IMG/VR virus record: IMGVR_UViG_3300023174_000034
Length of the DNA: 64,000 nucleotides
Direction: 5' to 3' (one strand)
From: a virus
Lineage: Duplodnaviria; Heunggongvirae; Uroviricota; Caudoviricetes
Under the pieces are notes generated by a model that made no database searches, was not told the DNA's origin, and was given only the letters and a program-made list of their open reading frames with translations. Positions 29,127-39,199 of this stretch are shown here, one piece after another; within the stretch, counting starts at the first letter, position 1, and each line of letters begins with the position of its first letter. The position numbers and the translations under genes are program-made.

Positions 29127-29564
29127 ATGGATGAACTACAAAAATCACTGAAGATTGCATTTGCAAGCGAGTTTAGCTTTTATCTGAAAGCACACAACTT
29201 CCATTGGAATGTGACCGGACCTTTCTTTACACAATTACATCAATTGTTTGGGGGTATATACGAAGAAGTATATGGTAGCATCGATCAGTTTGCTGAAGAG
29301 ATTCGCAGTGCTGGTGCATTTGTTCCTGCCAGTTACACAAGATTTTCCATGTTGAGCGAAATTGATGATGAGACCAACATACCCGATGATGCTGATATGA
29401 TTGCAATACTGTTGGAAGACAGCGACAAGATGGTCAAGATACTTAAATTTGTATTCGACATTGCCACTGCCCAAGGTGAAGATGGCCTAGCCAACTTCCT
29501 GGCAGAACGCATGGATGCACATCGCAAGCATTCATGGATGCTAAGAGCTACAATAACCAAATGA
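29127..29564 (+). CDS. dps: Dps/ferritin-like protein
   Basis: KAHNFHWNVTG..F..LH..F, D..AEEIR, H.KH.WML. Confidence 0.92.
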   Translation: MDELQKSLKIAFASEFSFYLKAHNFHWNVTGPFFTQLHQLFGGIYEEVYGSIDQFAEEIRSAGAFVPASYTRFSMLSEIDDETNIPDDADMIAILLEDSDKMVKILKFVFDIATAQGEDGLANFLAERMDAHRKHSWMLRATITK

Positions 29565-29863
29565 AACTTGCCTGTCCTAAGCAAAAACAATTGAAATGCC
29601 TGCTATGGGAAAAAGCCATAGTATTGTTGGTCATATTCTGTGCAGTATACGCAACAGTCAGCCACTCGTTCAACCATGCCGGAATCATTGAAGTGATACT
29701 CAGTATTACTGCCACTGCCAGTGTGTTCTGGTGCTTGTGGGTGGTAAAAACATTCCACGACATGATGGCCTGGTGGGTCGACATACAACACAAAGTCAAT
29801 GCAGTGAGCACGTTACTGGGCGAAACCAAAAAAGACCTCAAAGAAATTAAAAATACTTTGTGA
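29561..29863 (+). CDS. Hypothetical membrane protein
   Basis: Two TM helices then coiled coil. Confidence 0.6.
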   Translation: MKLACPKQKQLKCLLWEKAIVLLVIFCAVYATVSHSFNHAGIIEVILSITATASVFWCLWVVKTFHDMMAWWVDIQHKVNAVSTLLGETKKDLKEIKNTL

Positions 29864-29870
29864 GGCTAAC

Positions 29871-30512
29871 ATGCAGGATATACTGCTAACCGACAATCAA
29901 CTAGATCCCAATGGTTACTGGGACAAACCCTTAGACAAATTATTATTCCTTCCTATAGTGTCAGACCTAGCACTGTTTGATCAGAACGGCTACGACCTTA
30001 CTGAACTAGAAAAACACTTTGCCGACGTCAACTGTACTGAAATCAAATCACATCGCAGTCATCGCACTGCTATCAAGCACAACTGGTTCACACAACCAGA
30101 GTGCGGGACCGGCGCACATCTCAATCACAGTCTGTTGTTTGAACGCAAAGGTTACACAGGTGAAGCACGAGTACAACTAATCAATTGGACTAAACAGATG
30201 CCATTGGTTCACAAGTTGTTGGCTATCAAACCCAAGTGGGGCCTAGACTTCAGTATGGATTATGTGGATAACGACGGCAATGCATTTGAAGTATTGCACT
30301 GGGAATATGATGGCTTTGACTATGAAGAAGTGCAGGTGCGTAAACTGCAAGTGCAGGCCAAGTTTGCCACTATAGACTGGGAGGATGCTGCCGCCCAAAT
30401 ACTCAAGCACAAAGATGAGTGGCATCATCTGGAATTTTTTGAGCAAAGCGATTGGAAATGCAATTATTTTGGCATACCAAAAGAACGATTCAAGATGGTA
30501 GCCTGGGAATAA
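29871..30512 (+). CDS. Hypothetical protein
   Basis: GAGG SD; FDQNGYDL, KWGLDFSMDY. Confidence 0.65.
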   Translation: MQDILLTDNQLDPNGYWDKPLDKLLFLPIVSDLALFDQNGYDLTELEKHFADVNCTEIKSHRSHRTAIKHNWFTQPECGTGAHLNHSLLFERKGYTGEARVQLINWTKQMPLVHKLLAIKPKWGLDFSMDYVDNDGNAFEVLHWEYDGFDYEEVQVRKLQVQAKFATIDWEDAAAQILKHKDEWHHLEFFEQSDWKCNYFGIPKERFKMVAWE

Positions 30513-30520
30513 ATACTTCC

Positions 30521-31222
30521 ATGACTGAACTAATCTATGTCCTAGTGATGACACATATCACTATTGCGTGTGTCACTCTATATTTGCATAGAAGCCAAGC
30601 ACACCGAGCAGTAACATTCCACCCGGTAATAGCACAATTCATGCGCTTTTGGTTATGGCTAACCACAGGTATGGTCACCAAGCAATGGGTAGCCATACAT
30701 CGCAAGCATCACAGATACAGTGATGAGCCAGGCGATCCACACAGTCCTCATGTGTACGGGCTAAAAAGAGTTTTCTTTACAGGAGCAGTATTATATCATG
30801 CGGCATCAAAAGATAAAGATATGGTTGATTCATACGGTGTTGGTACTCCTGCTGATTGGATGGAGCACAACGTATACACTGCTCACTCCCGACTTGGCAT
30901 TGGCATTCTCCTTTTGCTCAACCTCATCCTCTTTGGCTGGATTGGCGCCTTGATATGGGGCATACAAATGATCTGGATCCCGTTCTGGGCCGCGGGAGTT
31001 ATAAACGGTGTTGCACACTGGTGGGGGTATCGTAATGGGGAAACTAGAGATAGAAGTAGAAATTTGGTTCCTATTGGCATTGTCGTTGGCGGCGAAGAGC
31101 TTCATAATAATCATCATCTGGACCCTGCTAGCGCAAAGCTATCATTGAAGCCATGGGAATTTGATATAGGATGGTTCTATATCCGAACTCTCAGTTTACT
31201 GGGTCTAGCAAGACTACGTTAG
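30521..31222 (+). CDS. Acyl-CoA delta-9-type fatty acid desaturase
   Basis: His boxes HRSQAH, HRKHH, HNNHH; DPHSP. Confidence 0.92.
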   Translation: MTELIYVLVMTHITIACVTLYLHRSQAHRAVTFHPVIAQFMRFWLWLTTGMVTKQWVAIHRKHHRYSDEPGDPHSPHVYGLKRVFFTGAVLYHAASKDKDMVDSYGVGTPADWMEHNVYTAHSRLGIGILLLLNLILFGWIGALIWGIQMIWIPFWAAGVINGVAHWWGYRNGETRDRSRNLVPIGIVVGGEELHNNHHLDPASAKLSLKPWEFDIGWFYIRTLSLLGLARLR

Positions 31223-31303
31223 TTACTTTGCTTGCCACTCAAGCCATATCAAGAACGTGGTAGCTAGCAATGTCAATATCAGAACAATTTGTGCTAGTCT
31301 CAT
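31223..31303 (-). CDS. 26-aa single-TM peptide (not in ORF track)
   Basis: MRLAQIVLILTLLATTFLIWLEWQAK; ATGA overlap with upstream gene. Confidence 0.5.
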   Translation of the reverse strand: MRLAQIVLILTLLATTFLIWLEWQAK

Positions 31304-31731
31304 AATTTGTATAATTTAAGAAAATATGTAATCAATGCGCCGGCAGTAAAACACCAGCACAGCACATCAACCTGCTTTTGCCTGTCGTGATCCATTGCAG
31401 ATAGTTCAGCTTGGTGTTCTTTTTCTATTAGAGCTTTTTCAGCTTCAACCTTGGTCCATGCATCTTTACCATGCTTGCGAATAGTATCAGCTTTTAGCTT
31501 GGCTATTTCTTGCTCGTATTTTACCTTGGACTCAAACTTTTCAAGAGCCCGAAGTTCCAATGTTGATGCGCGATGTTGCTCTGCTAGCTTGGATTTTACA
31601 CGAGCCTGGTGCTCGCGCTGAATGGTATCTTCCATGTCAGCTTGTTGGCTGGATACAACTGCCCCCAATTCCTTGCCTGCAGATTGTGCAGTTTTAAGGG
31701 TAGTTGTGGCGGATTTGATTCCGTCTATCAT
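31300..31731 (-). CDS. Coiled-coil protein with C-terminal TM
   Basis: TAAATA upstream on minus strand; hydrophobic C-terminus. Confidence 0.65.
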   Translation of the reverse strand: MIDGIKSATTTLKTAQSAGKELGAVVSSQQADMEDTIQREHQARVKSKLAEQHRASTLELRALEKFESKVKYEQEIAKLKADTIRKHGKDAWTKVEAEKALIEKEHQAELSAMDHDRQKQVDVLCWCFTAGALITYFLKLYKL

Positions 31732-31833
31732 TTGCTCTCTCGTGTCTACAATGTTATTTATTCTCCGTTTGGTAAAAATAAACTTGCATTGATTGTTGGA
31801 TCATTGTATAATCAATCAACTAAGGAGATTTCA

Positions 31834-32094
31834 ATGTCAGCACGTATGTTCGGCTCTGCCGAAAAAGCAAAACTCACCCAACTTATCAATGAAGGCATGC
31901 AGGTCATGCAAGAAGTAGACACACTCAATGAAGGTCTTAACGACACTGTCAAGGCCATCGCCGAGGAAATGGAAATCAAACCAGCCACACTAAAGAAAGC
32001 AATTAGAATTGCTCACAAAGCCAAGCTAGGTGAAACAAACAAAGATCACGAAGAACTAAACACCATCCTTGAAACAGTGGGCAAAACTCTCTGA
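31834..32094 (+). CDS. dsDNA-binding protein (T4 DsbA/DUF2312-like)
   Basis: AAGGAG SD; VKAIAEEMEIKPATLKKAIRIAHK. Confidence 0.6.
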   Translation: MSARMFGSAEKAKLTQLINEGMQVMQEVDTLNEGLNDTVKAIAEEMEIKPATLKKAIRIAHKAKLGETNKDHEELNTILETVGKTL

Positions 32095-32402
32095 TGCCAA
32101 TTTTTAATGTTGTAAAAGACATCTGGGAGTGGATCAAAGAAGACTTCCAGGAATGGCCCTTGCGGTTTGCACTTGAAGTAACTGCTTGGGCTATGAGTAT
32201 TGGTTGTGCATTTACCATGATGCTCACTGTGCCTAATCCACCGTTTTTGATCCTGTATCCGTTGTTTATCACTCAATGCGTGATCTTTTGCTGGGCCGCT
32301 TGGACAAGAAAGAGCTTCGGAATGATTGGCAACTATGTACTGCTGGTAAGTATAGATAGTGTTGCATTAGTTAGATTAGTAATGCAGGCGTCGTCCACCT
32401 AA
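32094..32402 (+). CDS. Small membrane protein
   Basis: About three TM segments. Confidence 0.6.
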   Translation: MPIFNVVKDIWEWIKEDFQEWPLRFALEVTAWAMSIGCAFTMMLTVPNPPFLILYPLFITQCVIFCWAAWTRKSFGMIGNYVLLVSIDSVALVRLVMQASST

Positions 32403-32448
32403 GGACATGTAGAGTGGTGCCAGCTCAAAGTGGTGCATTGGAGAAATT

Positions 32449-35109
32449 ATGAGTTATGTAGACGCTTTGTTTGACAGAGCAAAAGACAAGATTCACGTGG
32501 TAGAACGTGTGAATGGTATTAGAGAGTACAGAGAATTCCCAGCAGACTTTGTGTTCTATTACGATGATGCCAAGGGCAAATATCGTACAATTTATGGCAC
32601 GTCTGTTTCAAGGTTTTCAAGCCGCAATTCAAAAGAGTATCAAAAAGAACTACGCCTTAACAGCAACAAGCGACTGTGGGAGTCGGATATCAATCCCATC
32701 TTCCGCTGTCTCGAGGCCAACTATCTAGGTGCAACATCACCTCGACTGCAAACATGTTTCTTTGACATTGAGGTAGACTTTGATCCACTACGAGGTTACT
32801 CAAAACCCGAAGATCCATTCAATAAAATTACTGCTATCTCAGTGTATCTAGACTGGCTAGACAAACTGGTCACGCTGGTACTGCCGCCCAAGAGCATGAG
32901 CTGGGCCACCGCAGAAGAGATCTGCGCTCAATATGACAACTGCTTTTTGTTTGACCGTGAAGAAGACCTGCTGGGTACATTCCTAGACTTGATTGGCGAT
33001 GCAGATATTCTGAGTGGTTGGAACTCCGAGGGCTTTGATATTCCTTACACTATCATGCGTATCAACAAGGTACTGAGTCGCGATGACACAAGACGTTTTT
33101 GTTTGTGGAATCAATTGCCCAAGCAACGCATGTTTGAACGCTTTGGTGCAGAGAACCTGACCTTTGACTTGATTGGTCGTGTACACTTAGACTACATGCA
33201 ACTGTATCGCAAGTACACATACGAAGAACGTCACAGCTACAGCCTGGATGCCATTGCTGAATACGAACTTGACGAACACAAGACGCAGTACGAAGGTACG
33301 CTGGATCAGTTGTACAACAAAGACTTTCCAAAGTTTATTGAATACAACCGCCAAGATACCATGCTATTGAGTCGACTGGATAAGAAACTACGTTTCCTAG
33401 ACCTAGCAAACGAACTAGCACATGACAATACTGTGTTGTTGCAAACCACCATGGGTGCTGTGGCAGTGACCGAACAAGCTATTATCAACGAAGCACATCA
33501 GCTGGGCCTGATCGTACCAAACCGCACACACAGAGATGAGCAAGGTGACACACAAGCCGCAGGTGCTTATGTTGCTTTTCCTAAAAAAGGCATGCACGAC
33601 TGGGTAGGTGCCATTGACATCAACTCACTGTATCCTAGTGCTATTCGTGCGCTGAACATGGGCCCGGAAACTATTGTTGGCCAATTGCGGCAAACCATGA
33701 CAGATCATTACATTAAAGAAAAAATGGCAGCTGGTAGCACATTTGCTGATGCATGGGAAAACGTGTTTGGCAGTTTAGAATACACAGCAGTCATGAATGG
33801 CGAAATTGGCACTGAGATCACAATTGACTGGGAGTCAGGAGAAACTACTGTACACTCCGCGGCCGAAGTATGGAAGATCATCTTTGACAGTCATAGCAAC
33901 TGGATTCTCAGTGCTAACGGTACTATCTTCACACACGAGAAAAAGGGCATCATCCCCGGCTTGCTAGAACGCTGGTATGCAGAACGCAAAGAGATGCAGG
34001 CCAAGAAGAAGGATGCAGAAACTGACGAAGACAAAGCCTTCTGGGACAAACGCCAGCTGGTCAAGAAGATTAACCTTAACTCCTTGTATGGTGCCATCTT
34101 GAATCCAGGTTGTAGGTTCTTTGACAAGCGTATTGGACAATCAACTACACTAACAGGACGAGTGATTGCACGACATATGGATGCCTATGTCAATGAGTGC
34201 ATTACTGGAGTATACGATCATGTGGGCGAGGCTATCATCTACGGAGATACTGACTCATGCTACTTTACTGCTTGGCCTGCTATCAAAGACGAAGTTGCCA
34301 CAGGACGTATGGACTGGTCAAAAGATACTTGTGTGCAGTTATATGACACCATTGCTGACCAAGTTAATGCCAGCTTTCCTGCATTCATGGAACGGGCTTG
34401 CCACTGTCCACGCGACATGGGCGGACTTATCAAAGGTGGACGAGAACTGGTTGCTGAAAAAAGTTTGTTCATCAAGAAAAAACGCTATGCACTATTGATC
34501 TACGAACTAGAAGGCAAGCGACTGGACACACACGGCAAGCCAGGCAAGGTCAAGGCCATGGGCCTGGACTTGAAGCGTTCAGATACCCCCAAGGTTGTGC
34601 AAGACTTCTTGAGCGAGCTGTTGCTGGATGTGCTAACAGGAGGACAGAAGGAAGGCATCTATGACAAGGTGCGTGACTTCAAGATTGCGTTCCAGGAGAG
34701 ACCTGCTTGGGAAAAAGGCACACCCAAGCGTGTGAATAACTTGACCAAATACTCTAAAGAAGAAGAGCGTTTGGGTCGTGCCAACATGCCAGGACATGTT
34801 CGTGCCGCTATCAATTGGAACAACATGAAACGCATGATGGGCGACAACTACTCAACCAGTATCGTAGACGGCATGAAGACCATTGTGTGCAAGCTCAAAG
34901 ATAATCCATTGGGTTACACCAGCATCGGTTACCCAACAGATGAGTCACATATTCCACAGTGGTTCAAGGACATGCCATTTGATGACAGTCTCATGGAAGC
35001 AACCATCGTGGATCAAAAGGTAGAAAACCTGTTGGGTGTATTGAACTGGAAGATTCCAGAGAATACAGACATCGCAACAACATTTGAAGCATTGTTTACA
35101 TTTGAATAA
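32449..35109 (+). CDS. DNA polymerase, family B
   Basis: Exo FDIEV, GWNSEGFD, YNRQD; pol DINSLYPS, KINLNSLYG, YGDTDS. Confidence 0.97.
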   Translation: MSYVDALFDRAKDKIHVVERVNGIREYREFPADFVFYYDDAKGKYRTIYGTSVSRFSSRNSKEYQKELRLNSNKRLWESDINPIFRCLEANYLGATSPRLQTCFFDIEVDFDPLRGYSKPEDPFNKITAISVYLDWLDKLVTLVLPPKSMSWATAEEICAQYDNCFLFDREEDLLGTFLDLIGDADILSGWNSEGFDIPYTIMRINKVLSRDDTRRFCLWNQLPKQRMFERFGAENLTFDLIGRVHLDYMQLYRKYTYEERHSYSLDAIAEYELDEHKTQYEGTLDQLYNKDFPKFIEYNRQDTMLLSRLDKKLRFLDLANELAHDNTVLLQTTMGAVAVTEQAIINEAHQLGLIVPNRTHRDEQGDTQAAGAYVAFPKKGMHDWVGAIDINSLYPSAIRALNMGPETIVGQLRQTMTDHYIKEKMAAGSTFADAWENVFGSLEYTAVMNGEIGTEITIDWESGETTVHSAAEVWKIIFDSHSNWILSANGTIFTHEKKGIIPGLLERWYAERKEMQAKKKDAETDEDKAFWDKRQLVKKINLNSLYGAILNPGCRFFDKRIGQSTTLTGRVIARHMDAYVNECITGVYDHVGEAIIYGDTDSCYFTAWPAIKDEVATGRMDWSKDTCVQLYDTIADQVNASFPAFMERACHCPRDMGGLIKGGRELVAEKSLFIKKKRYALLIYELEGKRLDTHGKPGKVKAMGLDLKRSDTPKVVQDFLSELLLDVLTGGQKEGIYDKVRDFKIAFQERPAWEKGTPKRVNNLTKYSKEEERLGRANMPGHVRAAINWNNMKRMMGDNYSTSIVDGMKTIVCKLKDNPLGYTSIGYPTDESHIPQWFKDMPFDDSLMEATIVDQKVENLLGVLNWKIPENTDIATTFEALFTFE

Positions 35110-35110
35110 C

Positions 35111-36070
35111 ATGGATATCACTCGTTTTTCATTGCTAGCACAAATGCGCCAGTACATCAACGAAGTGCGACCTCTGCCGGCAATTGGGTCATTGAAACAA
35201 GATGTACAAGGACTCATTGGTCTCATGCCTGAATACAATGCCATGCTCAAAGAGCAGGTAGATATCGTAGACCGTGCCGGCACCGACTTTCACGGTGTCC
35301 AGTCTTGTATTGCTACCATGAAGCAAGAAATCGATGCTGAGTATCATGAGATACTAGCACATCTATCAACGCACGATTATTTTGTTAAAAATTTAGCAAT
35401 TAGTAAAAGCGTACGAGAGCACTGGGTGATGTATCCTTCTGTGCTGGATCATGTGTTGATTGAATCAAGTATGATAAAAGATCAATGGAAGTATCCTGCG
35501 GTGTGTGTGAATGCACAGCATGTTAATCTTGTTAATACTTTACTTTCATTTGATCTACTGTACATGGTTGACCCCGACAGGACTATACTGGATCAACAAT
35601 ACGATGCAGTAGAAGACGGAGTCAAGACCAGACTAAAAAAACATCCAGTGTTTAATTTTGAAGATCTTGACTTTGCAAACCAAACGCTACCGATACCAAA
35701 CGGATTGAAGTTTGGCGTGCCTCTGGGGCAAATGGCCATGGTTGCTGTGCCAAACATCTTTGAACGTTTTCCTGCAGAAACAACCAAACGAGTACTAGAG
35801 CAAATCAAACCATTGCTACGCCCAGGTGGCAAGATTGTGTTCAATTTGTTTGACGCCGAAAGTCCCAGTGTGGCGCAGTTGATGGCAGACAGTGTCTGTG
35901 CAGGCATTACACAAAATCAGTTACACAGCATTGCAAATGAACTAGGCCTTGTTGTGCGTTTATGGCAACGTGTGTTAGCAAACGACTTTGTGGTTGTTGT
36001 GCTGGCCATGCCAGGAGAGTTGCATTCAGCCAAGGTCAAATCCAGCTCTGGATTTAGGCGAAGAAGCTAA
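35111..36070 (+). CDS. Degenerate SAM-methyltransferase-fold protein
   Basis: C-terminal LLRPGGKIVFN; motif I not evident. Confidence 0.45.
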   Translation: MDITRFSLLAQMRQYINEVRPLPAIGSLKQDVQGLIGLMPEYNAMLKEQVDIVDRAGTDFHGVQSCIATMKQEIDAEYHEILAHLSTHDYFVKNLAISKSVREHWVMYPSVLDHVLIESSMIKDQWKYPAVCVNAQHVNLVNTLLSFDLLYMVDPDRTILDQQYDAVEDGVKTRLKKHPVFNFEDLDFANQTLPIPNGLKFGVPLGQMAMVAVPNIFERFPAETTKRVLEQIKPLLRPGGKIVFNLFDAESPSVAQLMADSVCAGITQNQLHSIANELGLVVRLWQRVLANDFVVVVLAMPGELHSAKVKSSSGFRRRS

Positions 36071-36141
36071 GAAATTTTATCAATGTCTATTGACAATCTA
36101 AATAACATCATGTTACACTATTACTAATCACAGGAGAACCC

Positions 36142-36873
36142 ATGAAAGACCACTTACAAGATATCGTACAGCACACACATGCACTAGGCAGTATTGACCT
36201 AGTGAAAATTACAGGTACAGATCAAGAAACTGCAATTGATTCTATTGCAGAGGACCGTTCAATTATTGTTCAGGCCAAGTTCAAGAATCCAGTTCCAGAG
36301 TTTGTTGGTACATTCGGTATGCCTAACCTGGGCAAGCTAAACACAATTATCAACATCCCAGAATACAAGGAAGATGCCAAACTAAGCATCACTAGTCAAG
36401 ACCGTAACGGTGTATCAGTACCAGTTGGTCTTAAGTTTGAAAACAAAGCAGGTGACTTCAAGAACGAGTTCCGCTTTATGGCCACTGAGATCATCAACGA
36501 CAAACTAAAGAGTGTCAAGATGAAACAGGTCAAATGGAATGTGGAAGTTACTCCTACTGTGCAAAATATCCAGCGTTTGAAATATCAAGCAAGTGCCAAT
36601 TCAGAAGAAACAACGTTTATTGCCAAAACAGATGGTAACAAACTAAAGTTCTTCTTTGGCGATCACAGTTCACATGCAGGTGACTTTGTGTTCCAAGATG
36701 GAGTTACTGGCACACTAAACAAAGCCTGGAACTGGCCGGTTAGTGCAGTTATTGGAATCCTAGGACTTGCAGGCGACAAGAGCCTGAAGATCAGCGACGA
36801 AGGCGTTATGCAAATCACCGTTGACAGCGGTATTGCAGAATACAATTATCTACTACCAGCACAACAAAAGTAA
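36142..36873 (+). CDS. Sliding clamp (gp45-like)
   Basis: 243 aa, beta-rich, FGMPNLGKL; near PolB. Confidence 0.7.
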   Translation: MKDHLQDIVQHTHALGSIDLVKITGTDQETAIDSIAEDRSIIVQAKFKNPVPEFVGTFGMPNLGKLNTIINIPEYKEDAKLSITSQDRNGVSVPVGLKFENKAGDFKNEFRFMATEIINDKLKSVKMKQVKWNVEVTPTVQNIQRLKYQASANSEETTFIAKTDGNKLKFFFGDHSSHAGDFVFQDGVTGTLNKAWNWPVSAVIGILGLAGDKSLKISDEGVMQITVDSGIAEYNYLLPAQQK

Positions 36874-36876
36874 TCA

Positions 36877-37083
36877 ATGCCAAACAGCCGAAACACCTCA
36901 GAAGACGCAGTAGCGCAAGTTGGTAATCGTTTTGATCTAGTGTTGATCATGGCAAAACGTGTACGTGAACTCAAGTCCGGACACCGTGCCAAAGTAACAA
37001 ACGCAGGCGGTCCTACCGCTACAGCGCAAATGGAAGTTGAAAAAGGTCATATTGGCCGTGAATATCTCAAGAAAATAAAATGA
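36877..37083 (+). CDS. rpoZ: RNA polymerase omega subunit homologue
   Basis: EDAV..VGNRFDLVLI.AKR.REL; P..TA..E. Confidence 0.85.
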   Translation: MPNSRNTSEDAVAQVGNRFDLVLIMAKRVRELKSGHRAKVTNAGGPTATAQMEVEKGHIGREYLKKIK

Positions 37084-37433
37084 TCAAAGGTCTAATGGGC
37101 AGTCGCGGAGTAGTAGTAGATGGTGGCAACACCTCCGTGCCCTTTGTTAACGCAAATATCAACAATCCCATGACAGGTATGATTCGTATCCATGGAACTG
37201 ACATGCAGGTATTTGACGGATCAGGCTGGCTCAGTATGACTACCAGCTATGCCACAGTAGGACTAGAACCCACTGCCGAAGAAGCCATTAAATGGGTCAG
37301 GCACAAGATGGCAGAAGAGCAAGATCTCAAAGCTCGCATGGAACAACATCCTGGATTAAAGGATGCTTATGAGAAGTTCCGGATCATGGATATCCTAACA
37401 CTAGAAGAAAAGAAGCATGGACAAGAAGCCTGA
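37080..37433 (+). CDS. Hypothetical protein
   Basis: HPGLKDAYEKF; packed operon. Confidence 0.6.
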   Translation: MIKGLMGSRGVVVDGGNTSVPFVNANINNPMTGMIRIHGTDMQVFDGSGWLSMTTSYATVGLEPTAEEAIKWVRHKMAEEQDLKARMEQHPGLKDAYEKFRIMDILTLEEKKHGQEA

Positions 37434-39012
37434 ACAAGATGATCTAACTAGCAAACAGCTAGACTATGCTGTGTTCTTACCAGCTATCTCGGGCTTCTAT
37501 GCTACCTATGTGGGTAAACAACGTGATCCTGTCAACGGACCTTATGTTGATTCTGCACGTATGCCCACAGGCATGCCTAACATGGAATCAATGAACTGGC
37601 TCAACAGCAAGGAAGCATTGTTCCCTTACAAGTGGAGTTTGTATTCAGGTGGTCATGCCAACCTAGATCTCAACAAGCAAGACTGGTCAGAAGACATGGT
37701 TCGCTCGCGTGAGCCAGGTACGTTCATGCTAGGCGACTCTGGTGGATTCCAGATCGCTAAAGGCCTGTGGGAAGGCGACTGGAAGGCCAACTCGGGTTGC
37801 CCCAAGGCACAAAAGAAACGTGATGCTATTCTCAAATGGTTAGATGGCATTGCTGATTATGGTATGATCCTTGATATTCCAACCTGGGTCATCCACGATA
37901 AGAAAGCGAGCAAGGCATGTCAGATCACCACTTTGCAAGAAGCCGTAGACGCCACAAAGTTCAACAACGAGTACTTCATGAAGCACCGTCAAGGCAAAAA
38001 CAATGGCGGCGCAAAATTTCTAAACGTATTACAAGGCGATAATCATACATCCGCAGAGGATTGGTATCAGATTATGAAAGTCTATTGCGACCCTAGTGTG
38101 TACCCAGACACGCACTTTGATGGCTGGGCCATGGGTGGTCAGAACATGTGTGACATACACTTGGTTCTAAAGAGGTTGGTAGCATTGCGCTACGACAACT
38201 TGTTACAAGAAGGAGTTCATGACTGGATGCACTTCTTGGGTACAAGTAAACTAGAGTGGGCATGTTTGCTCACTGATATTCAACGTGCTGTGCGTAAGTA
38301 TGTGAACCCTAACTTCACAATATCATTTGACTGTGCTAGTCCTTTTCTAGCCACTGCCAATGGACAAATGTACCACCACATTGATTTGCCACACAATGAA
38401 AAGTGGTGTTATCGCATGAGTCCTAGTGCAGACGATAAAAAGTATGCCGTTGATACACGTATGTTCCGCGATGTAGTACTACAGGATGGAATATTTCCGC
38501 ATTTTGACGAGAGCCCAATAAGCCAGCATTTACAGATCAAAGATGTGTGCATTTATAAACCCGGCGATCTAAACAAGATCAAGAAAGAGGGCAAGACCAG
38601 CTGGGATAGCTTTAGCTATGCCCTCATGATGGGTCACAACGTATGGACGCACATTGAAGCAGTGCAACGTGCCAATCGTGAATACGATGCAGGCAAGTTT
38701 CCGACCATGATGTGGAACGAAAAAGGCGACCATGCCCGGTTCCGTGACATCGTGGATGCAATCTTTGCCGCACCAGACAAACAATCTGCACTGGACATTA
38801 TTGAATATTACAACAAGTACTGGATGGACATTATTGGTACTCGCGGATTCAAAGGTAAAAAGACTATGAATTCGCACAGCCAGTTCAATGTGCTATTCGA
38901 ATTTGTTGAAGAAACAGAACCTGAGGAGACAGAACGCGATGAGAAAATGGCAGAAGATTCAGCAGAAACTAGACTTGGAAATCTTGTTAGAGACGAACAC
39001 GGAGGAGATTAA
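37417..39012 (+). CDS. dpdA: TGT-fold transglycosylase, DpdA-like
   Basis: GDSGGFQ, MILDIP, LNVLQG, GWAMGG, MHFLG, SFDCASP; clustered with folE/queD/queE. Confidence 0.85.
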   Translation: MDKKPEQDDLTSKQLDYAVFLPAISGFYATYVGKQRDPVNGPYVDSARMPTGMPNMESMNWLNSKEALFPYKWSLYSGGHANLDLNKQDWSEDMVRSREPGTFMLGDSGGFQIAKGLWEGDWKANSGCPKAQKKRDAILKWLDGIADYGMILDIPTWVIHDKKASKACQITTLQEAVDATKFNNEYFMKHRQGKNNGGAKFLNVLQGDNHTSAEDWYQIMKVYCDPSVYPDTHFDGWAMGGQNMCDIHLVLKRLVALRYDNLLQEGVHDWMHFLGTSKLEWACLLTDIQRAVRKYVNPNFTISFDCASPFLATANGQMYHHIDLPHNEKWCYRMSPSADDKKYAVDTRMFRDVVLQDGIFPHFDESPISQHLQIKDVCIYKPGDLNKIKKEGKTSWDSFSYALMMGHNVWTHIEAVQRANREYDAGKFPTMMWNEKGDHARFRDIVDAIFAAPDKQSALDIIEYYNKYWMDIIGTRGFKGKKTMNSHSQFNVLFEFVEETEPEETERDEKMAEDSAETRLGNLVRDEHGGD

Positions 39013-39013
39013 A

Positions 39014-39199
39014 ATGGGCGATTGGCACAATCATGTCAAGCATTTGGAAGAATCACATAGAGTTTTGTCTTTGAAAATTGACGAAATGGAACGACATCCT
39101 CATGTGGACGAATTAAAGGTTGCGGAACTCAAGCGTCAGAAGTTAAAATACAAAGACGAGATACAACGATTAGAACAGCAATACAAGGAACACAAATGA
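39014..39199 (+). CDS. DUF465/YdcH-like coiled coil
   Basis: H..L...I...E....ELKRQKLKYKDEI. Confidence 0.7.
   Translation: MGDWHNHVKHLEESHRVLSLKIDEMERHPHVDELKVAELKRQKLKYKDEIQRLEQQYKEHK

Noticed and set aside
32449-35109. Intein or intron in PolB
   Set aside because: Continuous ORF; the insertion after motif A lacks splice-junction and LAGLIDADG motifs
37417-39012. Housekeeping tRNA-guanine transglycosylase for queuosine
   Set aside because: No CxCxxC zinc motif or QueA/QueC/QueF seen, and the context is phage replication, so a DNA-acting DpdA-like role is preferred (not proven)
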